DNA of 20,000 nucleotides, from IMG/VR virus record IMGVR_UViG_3300021142_000024, positions 55,623-75,622 of that record. The stretch is one strand, 5' to 3'. The DNA is from an uncultured virus (IMG/VR IMGVR_UViG_3300021142_000024) (taxonomy: Duplodnaviria; Heunggongvirae; Uroviricota; Caudoviricetes). Each line of letters begins with the position of its first letter. Within the stretch, counting starts at the first letter, position 1. A model generated the notes under the pieces. That model searched no databases, had not been told where the DNA came from, and saw only the letters and a program-made list of their open reading frames with translations. Position numbers and translations under genes: made by a program. Positions 1 to 8,999 of this stretch are shown one piece after another.

Positions 1-325
1 ATAGTACTCTTTTTATTCCAGATTGTAATATTAATTTTGCACATTCAATACAAGGACTAAGAGTCAAATATAAAATGGCATTATTTATTGAATATCCTGA
101 TTTTGCAGCTTTAAGAATAGCATTCATTTCAGCATGTACAACATACGGGAGTGTAATATTGTCTCTTTCACAGCAATTATCCATTCCAGAAGGAGTACCA
201 TTATACCCAAATGCTATAATATTTCCATCTTTTATTAAAAGTGCACCTACTTTATTTCTCTCACAATGAGAAAGGGTGGCTATCTCTTTTGCAATATTAA
301 GATAAACTTTATCTAATTTTGACAC
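1..325 (-). CDS. dCMP deaminase (3' end runs off the window; GTG start; absent from the ORF track)
   Basis: Manual translation from GTG at 325: MSKLDKVYLNIAKEIATLSHCERNKVGALLIKDGNIIAFGYNGTPSG...VVHAEMNAI...LTLSPCIECAKLILQSGIKRVL. Contains the zinc-deaminase HAE and PCxxC motifs and GYNG. Confidence 0.93.
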   Translation of the reverse strand, partial: MSKLDKVYLNIAKEIATLSHCERNKVGALLIKDGNIIAFGYNGTPSGMDNCCERDNITLPYVVHAEMNAILKAAKSGYSINNAILYLTLSPCIECAKLILQSGIKRVL

Positions 326-343
326 AACCTTTATTTTATTTTT

Positions 344-775
344 TTAGTTAATTCCAGTACTTCCAAATCCACTTTCACCTCTTTGAGTCTCTATAGAATC
401 TAATTGATCTACTACTTCAACTTCTTCATAATTTACTGGTACGAGTATAAACTGAATAATTTTTTTACCTGCTTCAAGTATATCATTTGCTTTACCTGCA
501 TTGAATACGTGAATATGAATTTCTCCGGTATAATCCTCATCTACTATTTCAGCTCCTTTAATGAGCTTATTTTTTGTAGCTATTCCACTTTTATTTGCTG
601 CCATTAACATATATCCAGTAGGAATATTTGCTTTAATACCTGATGGAATTAGAATATCTTCTCCTGGTCTAAGTATTGTACATTCAAAATCATTTGGAAT
701 ATAAAAGTCTATACCTGCACTTTTATTAGTGCCTCTGGTTGGAGTTTTTACTGGTCTTGTTTTAATTATCTTCAT
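344..775 (-). CDS. dut: trimeric dUTPase
   Basis: Motifs SAGIDF, NKSGIA, IVDEDYTGEI, IIQFIL and C-terminal RGESGFGSTG. Confidence 0.96.
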   Translation of the reverse strand: MKIIKTRPVKTPTRGTNKSAGIDFYIPNDFECTILRPGEDILIPSGIKANIPTGYMLMAANKSGIATKNKLIKGAEIVDEDYTGEIHIHVFNAGKANDILEAGKKIIQFILVPVNYEEVEVVDQLDSIETQRGESGFGSTGIN

Positions 776-778
776 ATC

Positions 779-1060
779 TTATTTTGTTTTATTATAATCT
801 TCTTTATAATGATCTACCATTGCTGCCATATAAGATATAGCATCTAGTATATTATCATACTTTTTACTATAAGATTCTCTAGACATTTTTAATGCTACCA
901 TACAAAGATACATGTCTTTTGCTGTAATTTCTTTATTGCACATAGTAGAAGCTAATAGAGCGGCTTTTTCCATACTCTCTTTCATAGGACCATATTGTCT
1001 AGATCCCTCTTCACCTCTTTTAAAAACTATATTATTTGCTTGTTCTAATATATTACTCAT
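779..1060 (-). CDS. small all-alpha phage protein, DUF6378-like
   Basis: Pattern ILEQA...QYG...EITAKD...MVALKMSR...DNILDAISY resembles DUF6378 phage proteins (recalled, not searched). Lies next to nucleotide-metabolism genes. Confidence 0.65.
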   Translation of the reverse strand: MSNILEQANNIVFKRGEEGSRQYGPMKESMEKAALLASTMCNKEITAKDMYLCMVALKMSRESYSKKYDNILDAISYMAAMVDHYKEDYNKTK

Positions 1061-1086
1061 AATAGAATTTAATCATATTATTATTA

Positions 1087-2010
1087 TTAAGACAATATAT
1101 CCTGTAAGTATGGATAATATTTAGGTTTGAGATGTACACTTTGCCTAGATTCTAAAATATCTAACATCGCAGTACCATCATCATCAATCCAGCTATCTGG
1201 CCATGATATAAATTTAAGTCCAGAATTAGCGATAATATCATTTGCTATTTGTCTTAATTCCATTCTTTGCTGTCTAGATCCAAAAAATGGTTGCTTTTTA
1301 TATAATCCAGTTCCTGGTATTTTACGAGATTCATGTTCTATTGGAAGTAATTGAACTAGTATAGGATTATTTAATTCTTTTGCAAAATTTACATATTTTG
1401 TAAATAATTCTTTTGTGGCAGTAATTGGATCTACTTGACGAGCTAGATGGAATCTGGTATCAATATTTCCAAAGTAAAGTACTACATTACCTGATCTAGT
1501 TGCATTTATAGCTTGTGCATTTGCATGTTTAAGCCAACCATATAGCGTTTTACCTGGATTAAAACTAAGAGCGTACCCTGGTCTCCAGACTGAGAGAGAA
1601 TGTGAATCTCCTATTACAATATTAGGATTTGGTTTAGAAAAATAATCTACAGCACTGCTTATAGGCCAATTATGACTATCGACTTTTATCCTCTGGTTAA
1701 ATTTTCTAAAATCAAAAGTTTTATTAACAAATTCAAATTCGCCTTCAAATTCAGATATTGCCTGCATCTTCTCAGTATGAATTGACTGAGGTCCTCCTGG
1801 GATATTAAAACTACCATCAGTAAAATTTACACCTTCACATATATAAAGTTTTTCATATTGACTCCAAGTACTAGGATCTGGATTGACATCTATTACATCT
1901 TGTGGATTTTGATCTTTGACCATTTTTGCGCATATGAGACCATATCCAGATCCTTGAGAATTCATCCCAGTTCCTACATTACTCATTATTGATATTAATG
2001 CAGCTTTCAT
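1087..2010 (-). CDS. conserved phage protein with SGNH/GDSL-like C-terminal domain
   Basis: IVIGDSHS (block I-like), LYFGNID (block III-like) and C-terminal SVHL (block V-like). 307 aa. Confidence 0.55.
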   Translation of the reverse strand: MKAALISIMSNVGTGMNSQGSGYGLICAKMVKDQNPQDVIDVNPDPSTWSQYEKLYICEGVNFTDGSFNIPGGPQSIHTEKMQAISEFEGEFEFVNKTFDFRKFNQRIKVDSHNWPISSAVDYFSKPNPNIVIGDSHSLSVWRPGYALSFNPGKTLYGWLKHANAQAINATRSGNVVLYFGNIDTRFHLARQVDPITATKELFTKYVNFAKELNNPILVQLLPIEHESRKIPGTGLYKKQPFFGSRQQRMELRQIANDIIANSGLKFISWPDSWIDDDGTAMLDILESRQSVHLKPKYYPYLQDILS

Positions 2011-2041
2011 AAATCTTTATTTTTTATTTGCAGAAATAATA

Positions 2042-2085
2042 ATAAAAGCTTTTATAATCCATATCTAGAAATAAAAGCTTTTATT
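2042..2085. promoter_or_regulatory. pair of identical palindromes ATAAAAGCTTTTAT in the intergenic region after groEL (possible operator pair or hairpin/terminator)
   Basis: Perfect 14-bp palindrome at 2042-2055 and 2071-2084 (the second extends to 16 bp, 2070-2085), 29-bp period. Confidence 0.45.
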
Positions 2086-2147
2086 ACATATATTATGGTT
2101 TAAAATTGAATTATAATCAAATAATTATATAATATCCTTAGTAGAGA

Positions 2148-3797
2148 TTACATACCCATGCCCATCATAGGATCTGGAGTGTCTTGCTCTTTATCTGATT
2201 TTTTTTCAAGTACCACTGCATCTACTGTGAGTATTGTACCAGCTACACTCGCTGCATTTTTTATAGAAGATATTACTACTTTTGTAGGATCAAGTAGACC
2301 AGCTTCAATACCATTTACTACTGCTCTATTTTTAGCATCAAATGTTGTAAATACATCGTCTTTAGAATTTACATTATATAAAATTTCATACCAATTCTCA
2401 ATACCTGAATTTGATAGAATTGTTTTAAATGGCGCATAGCAGGCAGTTTCTACTATAGAAAGAGCAATCTTTTCATTTGAATTCCAATTTATAGTATTAT
2501 TCTTTATAGACATAAATGCTTTGATAAGTGCAATACCACCGCCTGGAAGTATACCTTCTGCAAGTGCGGCTTTAGTCGCCAGAAGTGCATCTTCTACTCT
2601 GTCTTTCTTTTCTTTGATCTCAATTTCAGAATTTCCACCTACATTTATAATAGCAACTCCACCTACAAGTTTACCAAGACGCTCTTGAAGTTTCTCTTTT
2701 TCAAAAAATGATGTTGCACTTTCTATCTGCTCTTTAATCTCATTTGCTCTATTAGAAATTGCTGTCTCATCCCCTTTACCATCTACTATTGTAGTAGTCT
2801 CTTTAGCTACTGTGGCAAGACGTGATTTACCTAGATATTTATCTAATTCTGAAGATGAGAGTTTATCAAGTTTATGTCCTTTGCTTTTTGACATTACTGT
2901 ACCTCCAGTAAGAATTGCCATATCTTCAAGAATCAAAGTTCTTCTATCTCCAAAGTCTGGTGCTTTTACTGCACATACTTTTACTACATTTCGCATTTTA
3001 TTTACGATCATTAGTGCGAGTGCCTCATCTCCAAAGTCTTCTGCAATTACTAGAAGTGATCTATTTTCAGTATTTGCTTTCTGTAGAAATGGAATCATCT
3101 CAGCTGCAGTTTGAATACGACCATCATAGAGCATAATATAGCAATCATCTAGTACTGCATTCATTGTGGTATTATTAGTCACAAAATATGGACTCTTATA
3201 TCCACGATCAAATTGCATACCTTCAACTACTTCAAGAGTAGTTTCACCGGTCTTAGATTCTTCAATAGTCACAATACCTTCACGACCAACTTTATCTATA
3301 GCAGCAGAAATCAGCTCTCCTACTTCAATATCATTATTACCTGAGATAGTTGCCACTTGTTTAATTTGATCTTCTGTGCTGACATCTACTGATAGTGATT
3401 TAAGTTGATCTATAATCATAGAGACTGTCTTATCAATACCGTGCTTAACTTCTACTGCATTAACTCCTTGACGTATAGTCTTCATTCCCCCTTGAATCAT
3501 CTTTGTTGCAAGTAATGTAGATGTTGTTGTACCATCACCGGCCTCATTTGCTGATTTAATTGATACTTGTTTTACCATCTGTGCTCCAAGATCTTCTATA
3601 TCATTTTCAAGTCTATTAAAGGCCTTTGAGCAAGTTACTCCGTCTTTTGTGGCTTTTACTTCACCATAAGGTTCACGTATTAATACTGTGCGACCTCCTG
3701 GACCGAGTGTTGATGATACTATATCATTGAGTTTATTAATTCCAGCAAGAAGTTGCTCTTTAAGTTCTGTCCCTATTAAATGTTTTGTTTCGCTCAT
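2148..3797 (-). CDS. groEL: chaperonin GroEL (phage-encoded)
   Basis: 549 aa with [58 protein letters not shown] and an MMGMGM tail. Confidence 0.98.
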   Translation of the reverse strand: MSETKHLIGTELKEQLLAGINKLNDIVSSTLGPGGRTVLIREPYGEVKATKDGVTCSKAFNRLENDIEDLGAQMVKQVSIKSANEAGDGTTTSTLLATKMIQGGMKTIRQGVNAVEVKHGIDKTVSMIIDQLKSLSVDVSTEDQIKQVATISGNNDIEVGELISAAIDKVGREGIVTIEESKTGETTLEVVEGMQFDRGYKSPYFVTNNTTMNAVLDDCYIMLYDGRIQTAAEMIPFLQKANTENRSLLVIAEDFGDEALALMIVNKMRNVVKVCAVKAPDFGDRRTLILEDMAILTGGTVMSKSKGHKLDKLSSSELDKYLGKSRLATVAKETTTIVDGKGDETAISNRANEIKEQIESATSFFEKEKLQERLGKLVGGVAIINVGGNSEIEIKEKKDRVEDALLATKAALAEGILPGGGIALIKAFMSIKNNTINWNSNEKIALSIVETACYAPFKTILSNSGIENWYEILYNVNSKDDVFTTFDAKNRAVVNGIEAGLLDPTKVVISSIKNAASVAGTILTVDAVVLEKKSDKEQDTPDPMMGMGM

Positions 3798-4408
3798 AAT
3801 CTATTTTGATTGTTTTTTAATTTGCTTTTTCCACCCAAAGACCATCCAATATGGATATAGTCTTCTAAATTTTGTTTTTGAATATACTTATTTTTACCGT
3901 CTTTATTAATACAAATAGAATTTGAATTATGAGAAATTCTGCCTTTATTCTGAATTCCAAATCTAGATAAATCTCCAGAATGTTTTTTGCCCTTCATCCA
4001 AGTAGTTCTACCTTTATTCTGAATTCCAAATCTAGATAAATCTCCAAAATGTTTTTTGCCATAAAAGGAATTTAATTCTCCAAATTTTCCCTTTTGAGAA
4101 GCCATTTTAACTCTAGATTCCTCAGATAAATTTGGAGCGCCATCTCCTCCATCTGTAAGATTTACTAATGGACCTAATCCTAAATCTCTACGACCTATTT
4201 CTTTTATTAATTTCTTTTCTATCTCACAAGCCTCTTCCCAAGAAATATTATTATATAAAATTTTTATAGCGTATTCATGATTTTTTATATAATCTCTCCA
4301 AGTTTTTCCTCTACTTTTTTTATCAAAAGCTCTCTTTTCACTTTTACCTATTCCTATATAAAATATCTGATTTGTATCAATCCTGTGATGTTGGTATACT
4401 ATAGCCAT
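3794..4408 (-). CDS. GIY-YIG-family free-standing (homing) endonuclease with NUMOD3-like repeats; probable start is ATG at 4408
   Basis: MAIVYQH...IFYIGIG..KRA...EACEIEKKLIKEIGR...LVNLTDGGDG, followed by FYGKKH and WMKGKKHS motifs. Stop overlaps the groEL start (ATGA). Confidence 0.8.
   Translation of the reverse strand: MAIVYQHHRIDTNQIFYIGIGKSEKRAFDKKSRGKTWRDYIKNHEYAIKILYNNISWEEACEIEKKLIKEIGRRDLGLGPLVNLTDGGDGAPNLSEESRVKMASQKGKFGELNSFYGKKHFGDLSRFGIQNKGRTTWMKGKKHSGDLSRFGIQNKGRISHNSNSICINKDGKNKYIQKQNLEDYIHIGWSLGGKSKLKNNQNRL
3942..4060. repeat. internal 50-bp direct repeat (69-bp period) in the endonuclease gene
   Basis: 3942-3991 and 4011-4060 differ at one position. They encode GKKH(F/S)GDLSRFGIQNKG twice. 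Confidence 0.9.
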
Positions 4409-4538
4409 CTTTTTGTAATTTATCTTTAATAAGTTTTTCAACTAATGCTCCAAGAATCAAACAATTAGCCTTACAGTGTTTTTTTAAAATGCTGTGAAGA
4501 GTTTTATCTATCTGTATTGATGCGCGTTGATTTTCCAT
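4377..4538 (-). CDS. 53-aa putative ribbon-helix-helix DNA-binding protein (below the ORF-track cutoff)
   Basis: MENQRASIQIDKTLHSILKKHCKANCLILGALVEKLIKDKLQKDGYSIPTSQD: an alternating beta-strand followed by two amphipathic helices. Preceded by the TATTTAT motif and overlaps the endonuclease start. Confidence 0.65.
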   Translation of the reverse strand: MENQRASIQIDKTLHSILKKHCKANCLILGALVEKLIKDKLQKDGYSIPTSQD

Positions 4539-4576
4539 TTATAATAAATATACGAAAAATTGTATAAAATTGTATA

Positions 4577-4786
4577 CTATTCTGTGATGTGTGATTTTAA
4601 AAAGTTATCTATATCTTGACCAGTTACTGATGATCCAAGATGACTAAAATTCTCAATATACAAATCTTTAAGATGCTCTGGAATGTATTTATGTTTAAGT
4701 TGCATACTTACTACGTCTACACCATTCTCATCTTTAGAAGATTTTGTTTCTGTATAAAATGCCATGTAATGTGTTGGATTGTTCAT
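4577..4786 (-). CDS. hypothetical protein (69 aa)
   Basis: Tightly packed after groES on the coding strand. Confidence 0.7.
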   Translation of the reverse strand: MNNPTHYMAFYTETKSSKDENGVDVVSMQLKHKYIPEHLKDLYIENFSHLGSSVTGQDIDNFLKSHITE

Positions 4787-4787
4787 A

Positions 4788-5078
4788 TTAATTTATTATT
4801 GCTAAAATTTCTGTTTCTCTTGTTATATAATAATCTTGTCCTTCTAGTTTTACTGACATTGATCCAAGTTTTGGAATAAGTACAATGTCTCCTACATTTA
4901 GATTTGAAGGGACTTCTTTATCAGTGTGATAGTTCCAAGCATTTGAGATTGCTACTACTTCACCTGATTCTGGACGCTCTTTGCCCATGTCTGGAAGGAT
5001 AATATTTCCTACCATCTCTTCCGATGTTTCTACTGGTCGCAGTACTACATGACCATTTAGTGGTTTTAATTTTGACAT
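4788..5078 (-). CDS. groES: co-chaperonin GroES
   Basis: LKPLNGHVVL, mobile loop GNIILPD, GEVVAIS, VGDIVL and RETEILAII. 96 aa. Confidence 0.96.
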   Translation of the reverse strand: MSKLKPLNGHVVLRPVETSEEMVGNIILPDMGKERPESGEVVAISNAWNYHTDKEVPSNLNVGDIVLIPKLGSMSVKLEGQDYYITRETEILAIIN

Positions 5079-5092
5079 AACGATTTATTTAA

Positions 5093-5371
5093 TTAAAGTT
5101 TGTTTGCTATTTTTAAAATTACGTGTTCATCTTCTACACTCAGTCTCCATTTATTTTCAACTAGTTTTGAACAGGCATTTATAAATGTACTAGGTTCTGA
5201 TAAATGCCCTATATGAGGCATTACTATCACATCACTTGATTGAGTGATATTATATCCTCTAATTTCTTCATCAATTAGGCCTCTAAATTCTAATAATTCT
5301 GGACCTGTCATTGATTCAATTATATCATAAACATCTACTTCAACTTCTGTGTCTATTTGAATGTATCTCAT
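5093..5371 (-). CDS. hypothetical protein (92 aa)
   Basis: Co-oriented ORF filling the gap between polA and groES. Confidence 0.75.
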   Translation of the reverse strand: MRYIQIDTEVEVDVYDIIESMTGPELLEFRGLIDEEIRGYNITQSSDVIVMPHIGHLSEPSTFINACSKLVENKWRLSVEDEHVILKIANKL

Positions 5372-5456
5372 AACTGTATATTATTAAATTGATTTGATAT
5401 TAAAAAACTTATTTTTAAAGTGTGAAATTCTATAATAAATACTCTAAATTTATATT

Positions 5457-7766
5457 TTAGTGGCCATCTTTCCAATTGTAGGCAATAGCTGGAGGTGCTT
5501 TAAGATCTATGCTTATTTTAGTAGTATTTTCCATACAATCTTGTACTATCTTAGCACAGATTTCTGCATCTTTTGCTGGCACTTCTGTAATAATCTGATC
5601 ATGAATTTGTGCACATACCCAGCCATTTATACCTAAATCTTTGAGTCGTCTATTAATTGCAATGGCAGCACGGTTTACTATAGATGCAGATAACCCCTGA
5701 ATCTGTACATTTCTGGCATTATTAATACCATTAATATAGTCTCTATACAGCTTAGTAACTTTATCTTTACCGTATTGTTTAATTAATAATTGTCTAACTT
5801 GCCAATCAGTAATAGCCTCTCCTAGAGTATCATGTATCTTTTTAACCTTGTCTAAGTGACGTATACGACCTACTTGAGTTTTTACATACCCTAGATTTTG
5901 TGCATCATATTTAGATCTGTCCATCCACTCTTTTAGTGCAGGAAATCCATTAAGATAACCATCTACTAAAACTTGTGCCTGTTTTGCTGGTATACCTAGA
6001 TTCATACCAAGTGCATAAGCTCCCATACCATAAGGAATACCTAGAGCATAGGCTTTGGCTTTATTTCTAAGTTTTGGCGCCTGCTTTCTTAAGAAATTTT
6101 CTGCTTTTTTATCAGGGGAGTATTGATCTAATTTTTCTGTTTTTATTGCGATAGTAGAGTAGAAGTCCCAGTTATTCCTAAAGATGTCCTTGAGTCCATC
6201 ATCTCCAGATACATGTGCGAATACATGTGGCTCAAGAGACTCATAGTCACAATCTATAAATTTATTATCTGTATCTGGAATAAAGAATGCTCTTACTAGA
6301 TTTGTATATTCTACTACTATAGGATCATCATCGCCTTCTTCTTTAGGTCTAGGTAATTGCTGAGAGTCTGAACCATATCTTCCAGAGACTGTGCCATGCT
6401 GTTTATAATAAAAGAAATATCGACCATCTTCATGTGCTTCTAAGAATCTATCCATATAAGTAGATCTTATTTTTAGTAACTTACCATATATCCTTAGATT
6501 TTTAGCCCATTCATATTTATCTGAAATACTTTGAATAAGTTCATCATCAAATTGTGGTTTGCCTCCTGGTGTACTTGATAGTGATTTTATACCTAGTGCA
6601 TTGAATGCAATATCTCCCATTTGATCTTTAGACTGTATATTAAAAAATAGTCCATCATTATCGTCTTTCCATAGTTTAAGACTAATTGCTTGAATATCAG
6701 AATCTTCTAATAAAAAATCATGACCTTCAATTAAAAATCTCTGTGCTGGTGAAGCGGGCAATAAAGTTAGATTTGATCTTGTAATATTATATTTTCCAGT
6801 TTTTTCAGATTTTGGAAGTGGTAATTTATAATAATCTGCAATAGCTTGAGCAAATTTGCCTTTATTACTTACTGGCCACTCTTGTTGAGCCTTATTTAAT
6901 ATCCAAGTTTTAACTTGTTGTTTTGATAGTAGATCTTTAGTAATTATATCTATATACTTGCTCATCTCCACATTTATCTTTTCTCTTGAAGATTTAATGA
7001 GTTCAATATCTAATTTTACCCCCTTATCTTCCATAGGTATAGTTACTTCTTTATAAAGAGGCATAACCTCATCATTAAAAAAGAAATTAGTCAAACCCTG
7101 TTCTTCAATCTTAGTAAGATAGTAATCATATATCCTAAGAGTTAAGTCAACGTCAGCACAGGCGTATTTTGAGAGTATATCAAGATCAGCTTTCCAAATC
7201 TCATAATTGTCTTTTGTAATACTGCCCCCATTTCTTTTTATAGACTCTTTAAGTTCTATCTGCTCTTGATTAGCCTCACTAGATACATCAATGCCAATTT
7301 CAGATTGTATGCTTTTAGCCACCTCTTTAAGTGCAAAAGACCCACCTCCATTTTCTGAATTTACACCCTCTTCTTGAATAGTATGCACCATAAGTATAGT
7401 ATCTGCATGAATACTATTAATAAGATCTACTCCATAAAAATTCTTAACGAATCTGGCATCGAAAGATAAGTTATGCCCTATAATTTTTTTATCAATTAAT
7501 AGTGCAATAATTCTCTTAGCTATATCATGGCATAGCACACCCTCTATCTTAGAGTCTATAAGCAGACCATCTTGAAGGATCATAGTAGGCATATAGTAAC
7601 CATGATCCCTTTCTCCAGTAATAGAGAATCCTATAATTTTACCTTTTCTGGGATTTAGAGAGTTTGTTTCAGTATCAAATGCAATTATATCATGCTTTTG
7701 AATGTGAGCTATCATCTCCTTGACGCTCGCTAAAGTATTTACTGTTAAATATTGTCTCTGAGTCAT
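5457..7766 (-). CDS. polA: family A DNA polymerase with 3'-5' exonuclease domain and no fused 5'-3' exonuclease
   Basis: ExoI FDTET, ExoII GHNLSFD, ExoIII YACAD. Polymerase motifs: TVSGRY, motif A DYESLE, motif B RNKAKAYALGIPYG, motif C QIHDQ. Confidence 0.96.
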   Translation of the reverse strand: MTQRQYLTVNTLASVKEMIAHIQKHDIIAFDTETNSLNPRKGKIIGFSITGERDHGYYMPTMILQDGLLIDSKIEGVLCHDIAKRIIALLIDKKIIGHNLSFDARFVKNFYGVDLINSIHADTILMVHTIQEEGVNSENGGGSFALKEVAKSIQSEIGIDVSSEANQEQIELKESIKRNGGSITKDNYEIWKADLDILSKYACADVDLTLRIYDYYLTKIEEQGLTNFFFNDEVMPLYKEVTIPMEDKGVKLDIELIKSSREKINVEMSKYIDIITKDLLSKQQVKTWILNKAQQEWPVSNKGKFAQAIADYYKLPLPKSEKTGKYNITRSNLTLLPASPAQRFLIEGHDFLLEDSDIQAISLKLWKDDNDGLFFNIQSKDQMGDIAFNALGIKSLSSTPGGKPQFDDELIQSISDKYEWAKNLRIYGKLLKIRSTYMDRFLEAHEDGRYFFYYKQHGTVSGRYGSDSQQLPRPKEEGDDDPIVVEYTNLVRAFFIPDTDNKFIDCDYESLEPHVFAHVSGDDGLKDIFRNNWDFYSTIAIKTEKLDQYSPDKKAENFLRKQAPKLRNKAKAYALGIPYGMGAYALGMNLGIPAKQAQVLVDGYLNGFPALKEWMDRSKYDAQNLGYVKTQVGRIRHLDKVKKIHDTLGEAITDWQVRQLLIKQYGKDKVTKLYRDYINGINNARNVQIQGLSASIVNRAAIAINRRLKDLGINGWVCAQIHDQIITEVPAKDAEICAKIVQDCMENTTKISIDLKAPPAIAYNWKDGH

Positions 7767-7944
7767 GACTTTTATTTTTATAGGGAAGTAATCTATTTAG
7801 TGCACCTTGTCGTCTTTGGCATCCACAGTCCTGTAAACCTAGTATTTTTTTAGCAAACCATGAAGAAAATTTATCAAGTCCAAAGAAATGCGTAAATTTA
7901 GCTACAGTGTCTCCAAAACCTCTACTGCTTATCTTGTTTTTCAT
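7690..7944 (-). CDS. small phage protein with GFGDT...DCGC..R...LN motif
   Basis: Motif pattern recalled from small conserved phage proteins. Overlaps the polA start. Confidence 0.65.
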   Translation of the reverse strand: MKNKISSRGFGDTVAKFTHFFGLDKFSSWFAKKILGLQDCGCQRRQGALNRLLPYKNKSHDSETIFNSKYFSERQGDDSSHSKA

Positions 7945-8119
7945 CTATCTTTTTTTCTAATACAGTCAATGCACTTGCTACACCTATTACTATATTGTGT
8001 ATTTGTAATTCTAATTGAACTTTAAGTGATTTTATTTTAGACCACTGATACACTTGCAATATTATCAGCAATAAGATAATTGATAAATAAATATTCTCTG
8101 TTGTTATAGTAAATGTCAT
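7922..8119 (-). CDS. small membrane-anchored protein
   Basis: Hydrophobic stretch IYLSIILLLIILQVY followed by a helical region. Confidence 0.65.
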   Translation of the reverse strand: MTFTITTENIYLSIILLLIILQVYQWSKIKSLKVQLELQIHNIVIGVASALTVLEKKIDEKQDKQ

Positions 8120-8169
8120 ATTTAAATCTATGATTTTTTTATAACATTATTAAATATTTCTTATGAGTA

Positions 8170-8985
8170 TTATAATTCTATACTCAATCTTTTAAGAAAT
8201 CTCTTATATAATTGCTCATCAGTTGACCAAGCCTTAATCTTGACCAGCTCAGAATAAAAATTATCTCTTGCTGTCTCAATTCTGTCTTTTATCCACGGTC
8301 CTCTTAGGAATAAAAAAGGAACTGCTGTATTTTTATACTTATTATATACCTCATCGTAGCTCTTAGTCTTTATGTCAGAAAGAGCCTTAAATAGTTGGCT
8401 TTTAACTGCCGACATTGCCGCCTTATCCTTGTCTTTCTTTGCAAGCCCTGAGGCTATTGTATTTATCAGAGTTGAAGTATGTGCATCAAATTCTGCAGGT
8501 GAATTTAAGTGCGCTATAAGATCCTTTTCATATTGCTCTATTTTATCTGGGTTTGCATTCTTACTCGGGGCTTTAGGCGCTCTCACTCCAAGTTTTGCAT
8601 CTAATTCTGCATCATAGGCTTTTGGGTCTATAGCATGTACTAGTTCATGTTCTATGCTTGTTACAAAATTATACTCGTCTGTTAATTTTGAGAGATTTAC
8701 TATAACTGCCCTGTTCTGCTGGTCCATTCTAGCATAAGCATTATCTTTAGGATCATTATACAGTCCTAGACTTATCGATATTAAATTACCTCTAAGATCT
8801 TCTATATTAAATATATTCTTAAAGCTCTTAGGAATATACGGGTCTTGTATATAGCTTTTAGGTGATTTCTTTTTAAGAGAGTCTGCATTCTTTTTTATGT
8901 AAGAAAACGCAGAATCAGCCTTTAATAACTGACTCTGCGGTATCTTTATTATCTTCTCAGTAAGTAGATCTACTAATTTTATCAT
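8170..8985 (-). CDS. HExxH (zincin-like) motif protein with MIKLxxLLxE N-terminus
   Basis: IEHELVHAID plus a downstream possible third ligand in SPAEFDAH. Confidence 0.6.
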   Translation of the reverse strand: MIKLVDLLTEKIIKIPQSQLLKADSAFSYIKKNADSLKKKSPKSYIQDPYIPKSFKNIFNIEDLRGNLISISLGLYNDPKDNAYARMDQQNRAVIVNLSKLTDEYNFVTSIEHELVHAIDPKAYDAELDAKLGVRAPKAPSKNANPDKIEQYEKDLIAHLNSPAEFDAHTSTLINTIASGLAKKDKDKAAMSAVKSQLFKALSDIKTKSYDEVYNKYKNTAVPFLFLRGPWIKDRIETARDNFYSELVKIKAWSTDEQLYKRFLKRLSIEL

Positions 8986-8999
8986 ATATTATAAATATG

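Noticed and set aside
4409..4441. Track start (TTG at 4441) of the endonuclease
   Set aside because: ATG at 4408 places the VY...YIG motif at the N-terminus, and the upstream region is occupied by the 53-aa ORF.
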